Counted from the first letter of the stretch, positions 11,000 through 23,095 are shown. The stretch: 64,000 bases of DNA from Somniosus microcephalus (GCA_052327205.1 JBMRGM010000043.1:31248001-31312000), one strand, 5' to 3'. The notes: generated by a model from the sequence alone, not told the origin. A program made the numbers and translations.

Positions 11000-13900
11000 G
11001 TTGCTAAGGGAGATGATAATTACAGTTCTAGATAATGTTGGGATATTCCTGTGCTTGGTATAGTGGGAATGAGGCACATGGACTGTAAACTAAATAGTGG
11101 GGGTTGGGAATCAGGTGAAGGGGAACTTCGAAAGTCAAAGAGAAGGTAGAAGGTAATAGTGCAAGGTAGCGATAGGGTTAATGATAACTAGAGAGTGACA
11201 GGAGGAGATAGAGCATACAAACATAAACGTGCAACTACACATAGATTCAGAGTCGGTAAAAATGGTATAAAATAAATAAAAGTTATTTATCTGAATGCAC
11301 ACAGCATTCGTAACAAGATAGATGAGTTGGCGGCATGAAGAGAAATAAATGTGTGTGATCTGAAAGCCATTACAGAGACGGGGTTGCAAGGTGACCAAGG
11401 CTGGGAACTGAATATTCAGGGGTATTTGACATTTCGGAAGAATAGGCAGAAAGCAAAAGGAGTTGGGTAGCTCTTTTAATAAAGGATGATATCAGTGCAG
11501 TGACGAGAAATGATATTGCCTCAGGAAATCAAGATGTAGATATAGTTTAAACGGAGAGAAGAAATAATAAGTGAAATAAGTCACTAGAGGGAGCAATCTA
11601 TAGGCCTCGTAAAAGTACCTACACTGTAGGACAGAGTATAAATCTTGAAATAATATTGGCTTGTAAGAAATATACTGTGATAATCATGGGCAATTTTAAT
11701 CTTTATATAGATTGAACAAATCGAATTGACAAGGTTAGCCTTGAGGACGAGTTCATAGAATGGATTCAGGATGTTTTGCTAGAACAATACGCTGTGGAAT
11801 CAACCAGGGAGAAGGCTATTTTAGACCTGGCAATATGTAATGAGGCAGGATTAATTCATGATCTCATGGTAAAGGATTCTCTAGGGAACAGTGATCATAG
11901 CATGATGAATTTCTAATTCAGTTTGAGGGTGAGAAACTTGGGTCTGAAACTAGTGTCCTAAACTTAAATAAAGGCAGTTACAAAGGTATGAAGGCAGAGT
12001 TGGCTAACGTAGACTGGGAAAATAGATTAATGAGTAAGACGGTAGAAAATCAGTGACAGGTATTTAAGGATATTTTTCGTAACTCTCAGCAAAGATTTAT
12101 TCCAGCGTCAAAGGCAGACTCTACGAGAAGGATGAACATCTGTGGCTAACTAAAGAAGTTAAAGACGGTATCAAATTGAAAGAAAAGGCAGATAATGTTG
12201 CAAAAATTAGTGGTAGGTCAGAGGATTGGGAGATTTTTCGAATTCGGCACAGGATGAATAAAAAACTAATAAAGAGGAAGAAATAGATTATGAAAGGAAA
12301 CTAGCACAAAATATAAAGAAACAGACAGTAAGAGCTTCTACATGTATATAAATGGGAAGAGAATAGCTAAAGTAAACGTTGGTCACTTAGAGGATGGGAC
12401 TGGGGAATTAATAATGGGAAACAGGGAAATGGCAGAGACTTTGAATACACTAAAAGCATCACAATAATAATTGGTAATCAAGGGCTATGTTCACAATATA
12501 TATCAGTAATTTAGGTGAGGGTACCAAATGTAATATTTCCAAGTTTGCTGACGTCACGAAACCAGGTGGGATTGTGAGTTGTGAGGAGGATGCAAAGAGG
12601 CTTCAAGGTGATTTGGAGAAGTTGAGTGAATGGGCAAATACATGGCAGATGCAGTATAACGTGGATAAATGTGAAGTTATCCATTTCGGTACAAAAAACA
12701 GAACGGCTGAATATTATTTAAATGTTGATAGATTGGGAAATGCTGAATTACAGAAGGACCTGGCCGTCCCTGTACACCAGTCACTGAAAGCAAACATGGA
12801 GGTGCAGCAAGCAGTTAGGATGGCAAATTATATGTTGGCCTCCATTGCAAGATGACTTAAGTAGAGGGAAAATGAAACCTTACTACATTATACGTGGCCT
12901 TGGTGAGACCTTGTGCATTTTTGGTCTCCTCACCTAAGAAAGGATAAACTTGCCACAGAGGGAGTGCAGCGAATGTTCACCAGTCTGATTCCTGGGAAGG
13001 CAGGACTGTCGGATGAGCAGAGATTTGGTCGACTAGGCCTGTATTCACTAGAGTTTAGAAGAATGAGAGGGGATCTCATTGAAACGTATAAAATTCTGAC
13101 AGTGCTAGACAGACGGGATGCAGGGAGGATGTTTCCCTGGCTGGGCGGGTGGGGTCTAGAACGATGGGTCACAGTCTCAGGATGCGGGGTAGGACATTTA
13201 GGACTGAGATGAGGAGAAATTTCTTCACTCAGAGGGTGGTGAACCTATGTAATTCTCTACCACAGATGGCTGTCGAGGCCAAATAACTGAATATATTTTT
13301 AGAAGGAGATAGCTAGATTTCCAGACACAAAAGGCATCAAGGGGTATGAGTAGAGAGCGCGAATATGATATTGAAATAGATAATCAGCCATGATCACATT
13401 GAATGGCGAGCAGGCTCAAAGGGATGAATGGCCTACTCCTGCTACTAATTTTCAATTCACTATGTTTTCTAAATCAATGACTATCACTAGAGAAAAACTG
13501 CGAGGCAAATTAATGAGACTAAAGACTGACAATTGCCCTGGACCTGATGGCCTACTTTCAAGGGTCTTAAAAGAAGAGGCTCCAGAGATACTGGATGCGT
13601 TGTTTGTAATCGACCAAAATTCCATGGATTCTGGCGAGCTCCCAGTGCCTTGGAGAACCGCAAATGTAGCACTTCTATTAAAGAAAGGAGGGAGGCAAAA
13701 AGCAGGAAACTATAGGCCAGTTAGCCTAACATCTGTCATTGGGAAAATGCGGGAATCCATTATTAAGGAAGTCATAGCAGGACATTTAGAAAATCCTAAT
13801 GCAAACAAGCAGAGTGAACATGGTTTTATGGAAGGGAAATTGTGCTTGACAAATTTACCAGAGTTCTTTGAGGATGTAACGAGCAGGGTGGATAAAGGGG

Positions 13901-15062
13901 AACCATTAGATGTGGTGTATTTGAATTTCCAGAAGGCATTCGATAAGGTGCCACATAAAAGGTTACTGCACAAGATAAGAGCTCATGGGGTTGGGAGTAA
14001 TATATTAGCATGGATAGTGGATAGGATAACTAACAGAAAAATGAAAAGCCGGGATAAATGGGTCATTTTCCAGTTGGCAAACTTTAACTTGTGGGGTGCC
14101 ACAAGAATCAGTGCTGGGGCCTCAACTATTTACACTCTATAGTAATGACCGGGCCAAATTTGCTGATGATACAAAGATAGGTGGGAAACAAATTGTGAGG
14201 AGTACACAATTAGTTTGCAAATATAGATATGTTAAGTAAGTGGGCAAAAATATCGCAGATGAAGATTAATGTGGGAAAATGTGAGATTATCAACTTTGGT
14301 AAGAAAATTAAAACAACAAATTATTATTTAAATGGAGGGAGACTATTTAATCCTGCCATACAGAGGGATCTGGGTGTCCTCGTATTTGAAACACAAAAGG
14401 TTAGCATTCAGGTACAGAAAGTAATTAGGAAGGCAAATGGAATGTTGTCCTTTATTGCCAGGGGGTGGAGCATTAAAGTAGGGAAATCTTGCTACAACTG
14501 GAGTACTGCATGCAGTTTTGGTCTCCTTATTTCAGGCGGGATATACCTGCATTGGAGATAGTTCAGAGAGGGTTCACTAGGCTAATTCCTGAGATGAAGC
14601 GATTGTCTTCTGAAGAAACGTTGAGCAGGATGGGCCCATACACATTGGAGTTTAGAAGAATGAGAGGTGATCCTATTGAAACATATAAGATTCTGAGGGA
14701 GCCTGACAGGGTAGATTTAGGGAGGATGTTTCCCCTCGTGGGGTAATCTAGAAGTAGGGGGCACAGTCTCAGGATAAGGGATCGCCCATTTAAAATGGCG
14801 ATGAGGAGTAATTTCTTCTCTGAGGTTCGTGAATCTTTGGAATTCTCTACCCCAGTGAGCTGTGGAGGCGGAGTCATTGATTGTATTCAAGGCGGAGATA
14901 GACATATATGTGAGCTACAGGGGAGCGAAGGGTTTTGAGGAGCGGATGGGAAAGTGGCGTTGAGGGCAATATCAGATGAGAAATGATCTTATTGAATGGT
15001 GGTGCTGGTTCGAGGGACCGAATGGCCTACTCTTGCTCCTATTGCTTATGTTTCTTATGAAA
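11000..15062 (+). mobile_element. Near full-ORF2 degenerate CR1 LINE (APE endonuclease + RT), split by a nested CR1
   Basis: Endonuclease remnants (YLNAHSIRNK ~11290, MGNFN, GNSDH). RT region in ORF 13390..14142 (PGPDG, GNYRPVSLTSVIGK, YLNFQKAFDKVPH). 3' tail 'tatgtttcttatg' near 15050. Confidence 0.9.
12487..13470 (+). mobile_element. 5'-truncated CR1 nested inside the CR1 above
   Basis: Starts abruptly at FTIYI..SKFADVTK and runs to its own 3'UTR/tail at ~13470. The host LINE then resumes upstream of its RT (TITREK..). Confidence 0.85.
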
Positions 15063-15346
15063 TATCACGTAGATGTTATTAGCACATGTAATTTTTACCT
15101 TACTCAGCCTGGCCGAAAATGGACAGGGTCTGGTGAAATGCGGTTCTCAATCGCACCCATTTTTACCCTCCTACTACAATGGAGAGAAAATCCACTGGGG
15201 ATAAACCCAGAAATTGTCCCGATCCCTTCAGTTTACCGGCAGGGTAGGTGAGATTAAAATGACCCCGGATTAGGCTGGATTCATCTAATTCTGTTCATCA
15301 ACTTCCCCAGATTGTTTCATTTATAATGCGTCTCCTTTATTTACAG

Positions 15347-15378
15347 GTAATGATGGTGGCGCCTCAGGAAGGAAACAG
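15347..15378 (+). CDS. Gene 1 cytoplasmic exon 5
   Basis: tttacAG|gtaatgat...aaacag|GTaagt, 32 bp, phase 1-0, GNDGGASGRKQ. Supplies exactly the phase change needed for the last exon. Confidence 0.75.
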
Positions 15379-15967
15379 GTAAGTTATCTTTATAGGGGAA
15401 AGATGCTGCTGATAAATACCACGACCAATGCGGGTAGATTTCTAACTTACCTTCGCAAAGTAAAGTGTCAGCCATCAGTTATAGCAATGGCCCGATTGAT
15501 ACACACACCCTTATTGAAAAGATAGTCGTTTGGACTGTGAACCGAGCAGCACATTCGCTGTCACCCGTTATGGTCCCACACTGCCCAAAAGCAATTTTAA
15601 ACCTGATGTCTATTATTCTCTATCATTGGGGCAGATATTCTGCTTGCTTCTTGGGCTTAATAGAGGCAATCAGGATCTTTCACGCAGAATAGAAAACGCA
15701 CACATTTAATTTGCATTGATTTGAATTAAAAGTAGAATCCGGCGGTTCCGATCACTGCAAGTTTTAAGCCTTGACCCAATTTCTAATATCCACATCATTC
15801 TGTCTGCAAAGGTCATCACTAAACTGAATATATTGTCTCCACCCCACTCAAGTAGCCAGTGAATAGTAATTTAATTCCCGACGATTATTTTAAAAATTCA
15901 GTTACCAGTTGTTTACAAAATGGTAAAGACAATTGTAGATTCATTCCCCCGAAAGTTCATTGCAATC

Positions 15968-16310
15968 ATGGGTGCAGTAGCTTAGTGGTGACATAACTGG
16001 ACTAATAATCCAGAGGCTTCGACTAATGATCCGAAGAAATGAATTCAAATCCCACCACCGGCAGCTGGGGAATGTAAACTCAGTTAAATAAATAAATCTG
16101 GGATAAAAAGCTGATAACAGTAAAGGCGACCACGACACTCTCAGGTTGTTGTAAAACCCAACTAATGTCCTCCAGGAAGGAAATTGGCTGTCCTTACCTG
16201 GTCTACCCTATATGTGACTCCAGACCCACTGCCAATGTGGTTGACAGTTAACTGCCCCTGAAATGGCCGAGCAAGTGGCGCAATTGCAACAAACCATTAC
16301 GAAAAGATGT
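15968..16310 (+). mobile_element. tRNA-derived SINE, followed by a LINE tail to ~16560
   Basis: A-box-like 'tagcttagtgg' and B-box-like 'gaattcaaatccc' at the 5' end. Confidence 0.6.
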
Positions 16311-16861
16311 TACCCCTATGGTAACACCTTCCCCTCCAAGTCACACACCATCCTGACTTGGAAGTACATTGCCATTCCTTCATCGTCGCTGGGTCAAACT
16401 CCTGGAACTCCCTGTCTAACAGCACTGTGGGATAACCTTCACCACACAGATGCAGCATTCCAAGAAGGCGGCTCACCACCACCTTCTCCAAGGCAATTAG
16501 GGAGGAGCAATAAATGCGGGCCTTGCCAGTGATGCCCACATCCTGTGAATGAATAAAAAATTATCATCCCTTGTTTAAATTTAGTCGTTGGTTTATTCAT
16601 TGCTCGTTTCATTCCAACCATTTTCTTTAATTTTTTTGCTATAAAATAAATTCAGAGAGGAATCATAAGTGTATTTTTGTGTGACCTCAGCCAGTTAATT
16701 GTCAGTAGTTTTGAACACACTGAAAATCGGGCGATATTGAATTGGCCATCCATTATCCATCTCTCCCGACTTCCCTTCCACTGAAATAACTACTGATTCT
16801 ACCTCGCCAGCTGTGCACCACCGCCTGAGACCAATTTCAGCTTCCTGTTCATTAATTCCAG

Positions 16862-16990
16862 GCTAACAAGAATGGTCCCAACGACTATTGTGTCACATAC
16901 GCCATAGTTAACCGTGCAAACACTGAAGCTAGTTTGGAAGGAGGCCCAATGGAAGAAGGCTGTGTCTACGAAAACTTTCCACGGAAATAA
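16862..16990 (+). CDS. Gene 1 terminal coding exon, ITIM VTYAIV and YENF motif
   Basis: attccAG|gct...aaaTAA, phase 0. Translates ANKNGPNDYCVTYAIVNRANTEASLEGGPMEEGCVYENFPRK*. Candidate AATAAA at 17571 and 17667. Confidence 0.82.
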   Translation, partial: ANKNGPNDYCVTYAIVNRANTEASLEGGPMEEGCVYENFPRK

Positions 16991-17974
16991 GAGCAAAGCA
17001 GGATTAACAAGCATAGAAACAACAAAGAAAACAGAATGGAGGCAACGGCAATCAACTTGTGCTCTGCGCAAATTACCTGCCCTCAGGGACTTTAGTCTGA
17101 AGGCAGGTTAGGCCATTGTTCCTTGTGCAAGGCCTTCTAGGCACAGAGTTCGTGCCCGCCAGCCATTCAATTTATACGTATGTTTTACTCTGACAGGACT
17201 TTATATCTCTGCAGCTTATATTTTGCAGAGGGCTCCTACCTCTGGCTTTGGTGGTGCTACCTGCAAGACTATACTGTTTGTAAGACCATTACATCAGAAT
17301 GTATACCCATTTTATCCATGTTAAAATGCAATTAACTAACGGGCGTGTTGGGGCTCTTGCTCTAATATTCTGCCAGTGTTCTTGAATGCTTCCGTAACTG
17401 CAGAGGGAGATCAGTAGATCTTCTGGAGAAATTATGCAAATGGCCGAAGGTGGGAGAAAACCTGTAGCAATTTCCAGGGTCAATTTTTTCTTTAATAATG
17501 TTGTAAAATGAATGCTATCAAATTGACCGCTTGTATAACCCCACGGCCTATTTACTTTTCCATTATTTTGAATAAAGGAAAAGCGGGCATGATGTACAAT
17601 GGGAGCCTTGATTGATATCATACATTTCCCATCCTCGCCCAAATTCCAATCTATCTGACTGCCACAAATAAACTGTGTATAGAGTAACTGGTTACTGCTT
17701 AATCTTCATCACCTTGGGGTTTAGCATTCGAGGGGCAGAGCGCAGGATAATACATCTGGCGGGGAGGATGGCTTGTTACTTGCAAAACCCATCGAATTTT
17801 GCTTTCTTTCAGCCTTTAAACATCAGGCCATTCCGTTACCGGTATCCCTCTTGCCAAATCTTCCATCCACATTCTGGCGGTAAAGTCTGAACTCTACCTC
17901 ACCATATATTAGTGCCAAATGCATAAGACATAGCGTTTTGTATTGCTACATGATATGATGGGATTTTAAAAATT

Positions 17975-19170
17975 ACACAGAATTTAAAGCACAGTAACCG
18001 GCCATTCTGACCAACAGGTCTGTGCTTGTGTTTATGATGCACACGAGACTCTTCTCACCTTCTTTCGTCTAATCCTATCAATATCTCCTTTAATTCCTTT
18101 CCCTCATATGTACTTATCTAGATTACCCTTTAAGATATCTGTGTTGTTAGCCTCCACCACCTAAACCTCTGGAATTTCTATAAGTGGACTCCTCTTCTCT
18201 ATGCCTACCCTATCAAACCCCTTCATAATTTAAAATAACTCTACTCGTTCTCCCCTCAGACCTCTGTTTTCTACAGAAAAGAATCCCGATCTATTAGTTA
18301 TATCTTGAGAGTTAAGACGTTTCATTTCTGGTACAATGCTCCTCAATACGTTTTACCGTCTCTTTTTCCTCTATGCATTTTGTAATATATAACAATAAAG
18401 AACATAAGAAGTAGGAGCAGGAGTAGACCATATGGAGCCTCGAGGCTGCTCTTGCATTCAATAAGATCATGGCTGATCTTCAAACTTAACTGCACTTGTT
18501 TGCACTAGAATCCAAAAATCAATCTTATCTCAGCCTTGAATGTACTGAACGATTCTGCATGCACAGCTAATTGGGAAAGAGAATTCCAAAGAGTAACTAA
18601 CCTCTGAGTGAAGACATTTCTCCTCATCGCTGACCCATATCTTGAGACTATGCCCCCTAGTTATAGACTCTCCAGCCAGGGGATACAGCCTGTCAGCATA
18701 TAACCTGCAAATCCCCCTCTGAATCTTATGTTTCAATGAGCTCACCCCTCATTCTTCTAAAATCCAGTGCTTATGGTCTCAATCTACTCAATCTCTCCTC
18801 ATCGGACAACCCTCTCATCCCGGGAATCAATCTAGTGGAGCTGCATTGAACCGCCTCTAAAATGGAGACCACAAGTGTACACAATACTTTAATGTGGCCC
18901 AACTACGTTTCTATACAAATTTAACATGGCTTCTCTGCTTTTCAATGCATTTCCTCTAGAAATGCACTCCAATACATTGGTAGCATTTTTCGGGCCTTGT
19001 CAAATTGCGTTACTAATTTTAATGATTTGTGAATGTGTACCCCTGGATACCTTTGCTCCTCTGCCACATTTAGATTCTTATTTTGCGAGGATAAAGTGCT
19101 TCCTCATTCCTTCTACCAAAATTCACAAACTAACTATGTTAAAATTCGCTTGCCATGTAGATGCCCATTC
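17975..19170 (-). mobile_element. Old CR1 fragment with a younger CR1 3' end nested at ~18396-18860
   Basis: The antisense CR1 tail 'aagaacataagaagtaggagcaggag' starts at ~18398. The minus ORF 18530..18745 has DRLYPLAGESITRGHSLKI. Confidence 0.7.
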
Positions 19171-19836
19171 ATCATGATTATTACCGTCTTTTTATATTTT
19201 ATCGTGCTTCGACAATAACTTTTTATCGCTGAATAATAAATATAATGTTAAGAAATATTCCCTGTTGTTCACAGATTGAGACATAAGTGTAAGTCTATTC
19301 ACTAGGATTTCAACCAAACCTTCTGCTAATTCAATGCACAAATAAAGTGGCTTTAGTTTGAAACTGGGCAATGACCATGCCTTTCTGCCGGTGTTTCACT
19401 GGAGACTCTCTCCCAATGATTGGGTAGGACAGGGGAGGAAAAATGTATTTCTGGTGTCTTTCACTCATATTCCGGTGCATATTTAAAATATATATATTTA
19501 TTTTAATCAATAAGTATTCTTGAATGCAGCACAATATGAATATGGTAACAATTAATTCTGAAGATGGCTCCAAAATGATTAATTACTTTTTCGGAAAATT
19601 AGAGAATGTAATAACAAAAAATTTGTTAGTTTCTTATGGGCATTCCATATATTTATATAGCGCATTCTCAGTCTGCTTTAATCTACCTATCGAACTAACT
19701 CTCTGTGTTTGACTTACGACCTATCTAAATATCTGTCTGTTTCTTCATCCTCAGTCTAACAAATAATCAAAGGCATGCATCAATAGGACAGTTTTAGTTC
19801 CAATGATAGATTTTATCAGTAGAATCGTACAGGTAC

Positions 19837-20796
19837 TGTGCTGCCTCTCCCTCTAACTTAACCTCACTGTATGTATTTAACTTACTTATATATGTATAAC
19901 CTACCTGTTGGGGCCGTTGCCCCTTTAACTTACCTTTTAGGGCCATTGCCCCTTTAAGACGCGCCTTAGCGTGCTGACGTCACGTCACGTACAACGTAGC
20001 GTGCTGACGTCACGGCACGTACGACGTGACGTGCGTGAGGCGGCTGCCGGCCCGACTCGGCCTTCCAGAAAGGCTGCCGGCACAGCCCGGCCTAGCGTCT
20101 TTGGCCGCATCTACCAGCCGCCGGGAGCGACGCGATCTTCCGCTCCCGCGGCAAGCATCGGCTCAGCCTGGCCTCCAGCTCCCGCTCACGACTTCGGCCT
20201 CCACGGCCAGAAACGCGACCACGCGCATCACGTGACGCCCCAAGCGCGGACAACGCTACCGAGCGTGATGAGGTCATCACGCTCCCCACAGGACTGCTAC
20301 GTAGTCCTCGTGGAGTCCTCGCTGGGACACAGACCTACACCACGGTGCTCCTACAGCAGCACAGGCTCCGGGCAGTTGTATTGTCCCCATGCTTGAGTCT
20401 TGGAAATTGTTTGTCTGTAAGTATTTTAGAATGCTATGGATGATTAATGTGCACTGTATGTTGTAGAAAATGTTTAGTTGTAACTTTTCTCTGCCTAGCT
20501 GATTAACTAGTAGCTGTATTTTCATACACTATGTACAGGGCTAATTTAAAGAGAATGCCTCCCAGTTTACTAAATGTACTGTGTTGCTCAGGCGTACCTA
20601 AATCTGTGTATACATATCAGTTATGCGCCTGTATACTAATGTGTGCTTCCATTTCTGTGTTGTATTTCAGTTTTACAATTAGAATCGTTCAGTAAAGTGT
20701 TACAAGAAAAGTCAAGCCTTGTGATTTTATTGGAAGATATCGAGTTGTTCGCTATCTGTCTAGCTCTGCATAGAATCGCGTTGCGAGGGCAGAACA
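19837..20796 (+). repeat. 5' LTR
   Basis: tgtgctgcctc...ggcagaaca, a direct repeat of 23190-24149 with only three differences noticed by eye. Confidence 0.96.
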
Positions 20797-20851
20797 GTAA
20801 AAAGACAACAGCACAGCGGGCTCAAGCGCAGGAAGATACCACTCAGCTACC

Positions 20852-23095
20852 ATGAGTCTACGCTCAGGAAAACAATATACCCTAGAGGACGTCGACCAGT
20901 CAAGCGAGAAGCATGAGCCTCTCCTAGCAAACGATGCCAAGTCACAGCCCTCTAAAGTATCCCCTAGGTCATCTCGGCGGTCCAGCAGACCGTCGTCATC
21001 GACAGCTTCTGCAGCCGCCAAAGCACGTGCCAAGGCAAAAGCTGCCCAGGCTCAATTGTCCTTCGCTGAAAAAGAAGCTGACCTTATGAAGCAGAGAGCC
21101 GACCTCGAAGCTAGTATGATGAAGCAGAAAGCTGACCTTATGAAGCAGAGAGCCGACCTCGACGCTAGTGTGATGAAGCAGAGAGCTGACCTCGACGCTA
21201 GTGTGATGAAGCAGACAGCACAGTCCTCTAAAGTATCTACTAGATCATCTCGGCAGTCCAGCAGACCGTCGTCATCGACAGCTTCTGCAGCCGCCAAAGC
21301 ACGTGCCAAGGCAAAAGCTGCCCAGGCTCAATTGGCCCTTGCTGAAAAAGAAGCTAGGGTTATGAAGCAGAGAGCTGACCTCGCTGCCAGTCTCCACATT
21401 CTCCAAAGCCAGAGAGCTGCCGCTGTCGCTAAAGCTAAAGCCGCAGCTTATGAAGAAGGTGAGGAGAACGAAGGCGGGGAGCCCAGCCAGGAAACATATG
21501 TTCTGGGACAGCCCCTCAGTCCAGTGCAACGTACAAGTGAGTGTGTCCAACAACACTCCAAATTGTTCTCCAAGGAAACATCCAACTATCTCAACGCAGA
21601 ACCAGCTACTCAACACAGTAGCAAACAGCCTGTTTTTGGAGACACTGAGCTTAAAGGAGAAGAAACAAGCAAGACTTACCTACAGAGACCTCCACAGCAC
21701 TCGGCCAATCCAGCCAAGCAGTCCTCACCCGAGCCACAGGGTACACAGGACCTCGCTGGGTGCCTTATCCGCCGAGAGTTGTTGAGTTCGGGCCTTCTGG
21801 AGTTAGATGGCCGTCCTGAAAGTTGTTGGTCATGGAAAGAGCCCAACCTGAGACTACACAAGGTAGCATCGAACAGTGGACAGGTGATGGAAGCCTTCCC
21901 TGCAGAGGACCGTGCCAAGGATCTGAAGGATTTGCACCTTGGAGTGGATCCTCCCCCCCTTCAACGGAGCCTGGGGCTCTCCTGGAACCTGGAAACAGAC
22001 AGCGTCACATTCCTGGTGTCCCGTGAAGAAAGGCCATTCACACGGAGAGACATCCTGTCCACAGTCAACAGTTTGTACAACCCTTTGGGGTTCGTAGCTC
22101 CCATAACAATGCAAGGAAAAGCATTTGTACGGGAACTCTCATCGGATCAGAGTGAGTGGGATGCTCCACTCCTCCCTGAAAAAGAAGCAAAATGGAACCT
22201 ACAGTTGATCAGAGACAAGATTGACATCGATGTGGGCGCCGTCAAGTTCTTCACGGACAGCAAGATTGTACTTGGTTACATCCACAACTCCACAAGAAGG
22301 TTTTACGTGTATGTTTCCAACTGGGTGACTCGTATCAGACGATCCACTCACCCTGACCAGTGGTGCTATGTCCCCACGGACCTGAACCCTGCAGACCATG
22401 CTACCAGGTCTATACCAGCAGCACACCTACAGCAAAGCAGTTGGTTCTCGGGCCCCTCTTTCCTGTCTAATGTCAACACAGAGGAGACTCCTGAGTCCAA
22501 TCCCTTCACCCTTGTGGAGCCTGAAGCTGATACCGAGATTCGGCCTGAAGTTACGACCCTGGTCACCAAAGCCTCAGAATCTCAGTTGGGCTCACAAAGC
22601 TTCGAGCGATTCTCAAGCTGGAGAACACTCTGCCGAACCACAGCTCGACTCATTCATGTAGCAGCATCCTTCAAGGGGAATTCGGACAACATAGAACGCA
22701 AAGGATGGAAATGTTCTAAAGAAGTATCCAGCACAAGTGAGCCATCACAAGCCAAAGGTGTGATCATTCGCTCTGTCCAGCATGATGTCTTCAAGGAGGA
22801 ATTCAAATGTCTTGAAGAGGGACAGACATTCCCCAAGCAAAGAGGAGAGTATTTGTCCACCCTACAGAGCCGTAGGAAATGGACAGAAGACAAGCCAAAC
22901 GTCAAAGTGAGAGACGTTGTCTTGCTGAAAGACAGCCAAGCACGCAGAAATGAATGGCCAGTGGGCCTGGTTGTCAAAACTCTGCCGACCAGGGACAAGA
23001 GGGTCCGCAAGGTGGAGGTGAAGATTGTCAAGGAGGGGCCTATCAAAGTGTTTCTGAGGCCAGTCTCAGAGATCCTCCTTTCTGAAGTAACCTAG
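20852..23095 (+). CDS. 747-aa deleted BEL/Pao gag-pol polyprotein
   Basis: Gag-like coiled-coil N-terminus, then LRLHKVASN (RT end), RSLGLSW/TRRDILSTVNSLYNPLGFVAP (Pao Peptidase_A17 region), FFTDSKIVL...WCYVPTDLNPADHATR (RNase H C-half), and EYLSTLQSRRKW..DVVLLKD..WPVGLV (Pao C-terminal DUF5641-like). No CCHC knuckle, protease, YVDD or integrase core is visible. Confidence 0.88.
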   Translation: MSLRSGKQYTLEDVDQSSEKHEPLLANDAKSQPSKVSPRSSRRSSRPSSSTASAAAKARAKAKAAQAQLSFAEKEADLMKQRADLEASMMKQKADLMKQRADLDASVMKQRADLDASVMKQTAQSSKVSTRSSRQSSRPSSSTASAAAKARAKAKAAQAQLALAEKEARVMKQRADLAASLHILQSQRAAAVAKAKAAAYEEGEENEGGEPSQETYVLGQPLSPVQRTSECVQQHSKLFSKETSNYLNAEPATQHSSKQPVFGDTELKGEETSKTYLQRPPQHSANPAKQSSPEPQGTQDLAGCLIRRELLSSGLLELDGRPESCWSWKEPNLRLHKVASNSGQVMEAFPAEDRAKDLKDLHLGVDPPPLQRSLGLSWNLETDSVTFLVSREERPFTRRDILSTVNSLYNPLGFVAPITMQGKAFVRELSSDQSEWDAPLLPEKEAKWNLQLIRDKIDIDVGAVKFFTDSKIVLGYIHNSTRRFYVYVSNWVTRIRRSTHPDQWCYVPTDLNPADHATRSIPAAHLQQSSWFSGPSFLSNVNTEETPESNPFTLVEPEADTEIRPEVTTLVTKASESQLGSQSFERFSSWRTLCRTTARLIHVAASFKGNSDNIERKGWKCSKEVSSTSEPSQAKGVIIRSVQHDVFKEEFKCLEEGQTFPKQRGEYLSTLQSRRKWTEDKPNVKVRDVVLLKDSQARRNEWPVGLVVKTLPTRDKRVRKVEVKIVKEGPIKVFLRPVSEILLSEVT

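Noticed and set aside
13390-14142. 250-aa RT ORF as an active or novel reverse transcriptase system
   Set aside because: It is an ordinary CR1 fragment, frameshifted before the catalytic FADD motif and interrupted by a nested CR1.
15968-16055. tRNA genes (also ~28040, 50640, 55710)
   Set aside because: These are tRNA-like A/B boxes at the heads of SINEs; no full cloverleaf is evident and SINE bodies follow.
19971-20396. 141-aa ORF duplicated at 23324..23749
   Set aside because: It lies within the GC-rich part of both LTRs, starts at GTG and has no recognisable domain. The duplication is just the LTR.
20852-23095. 747-aa ORF as a domesticated host gene
   Set aside because: It is flanked by near-identical LTRs with an intact TSD and is absent from the paralogous site, so it is a recent insertion rather than an old co-opted locus.
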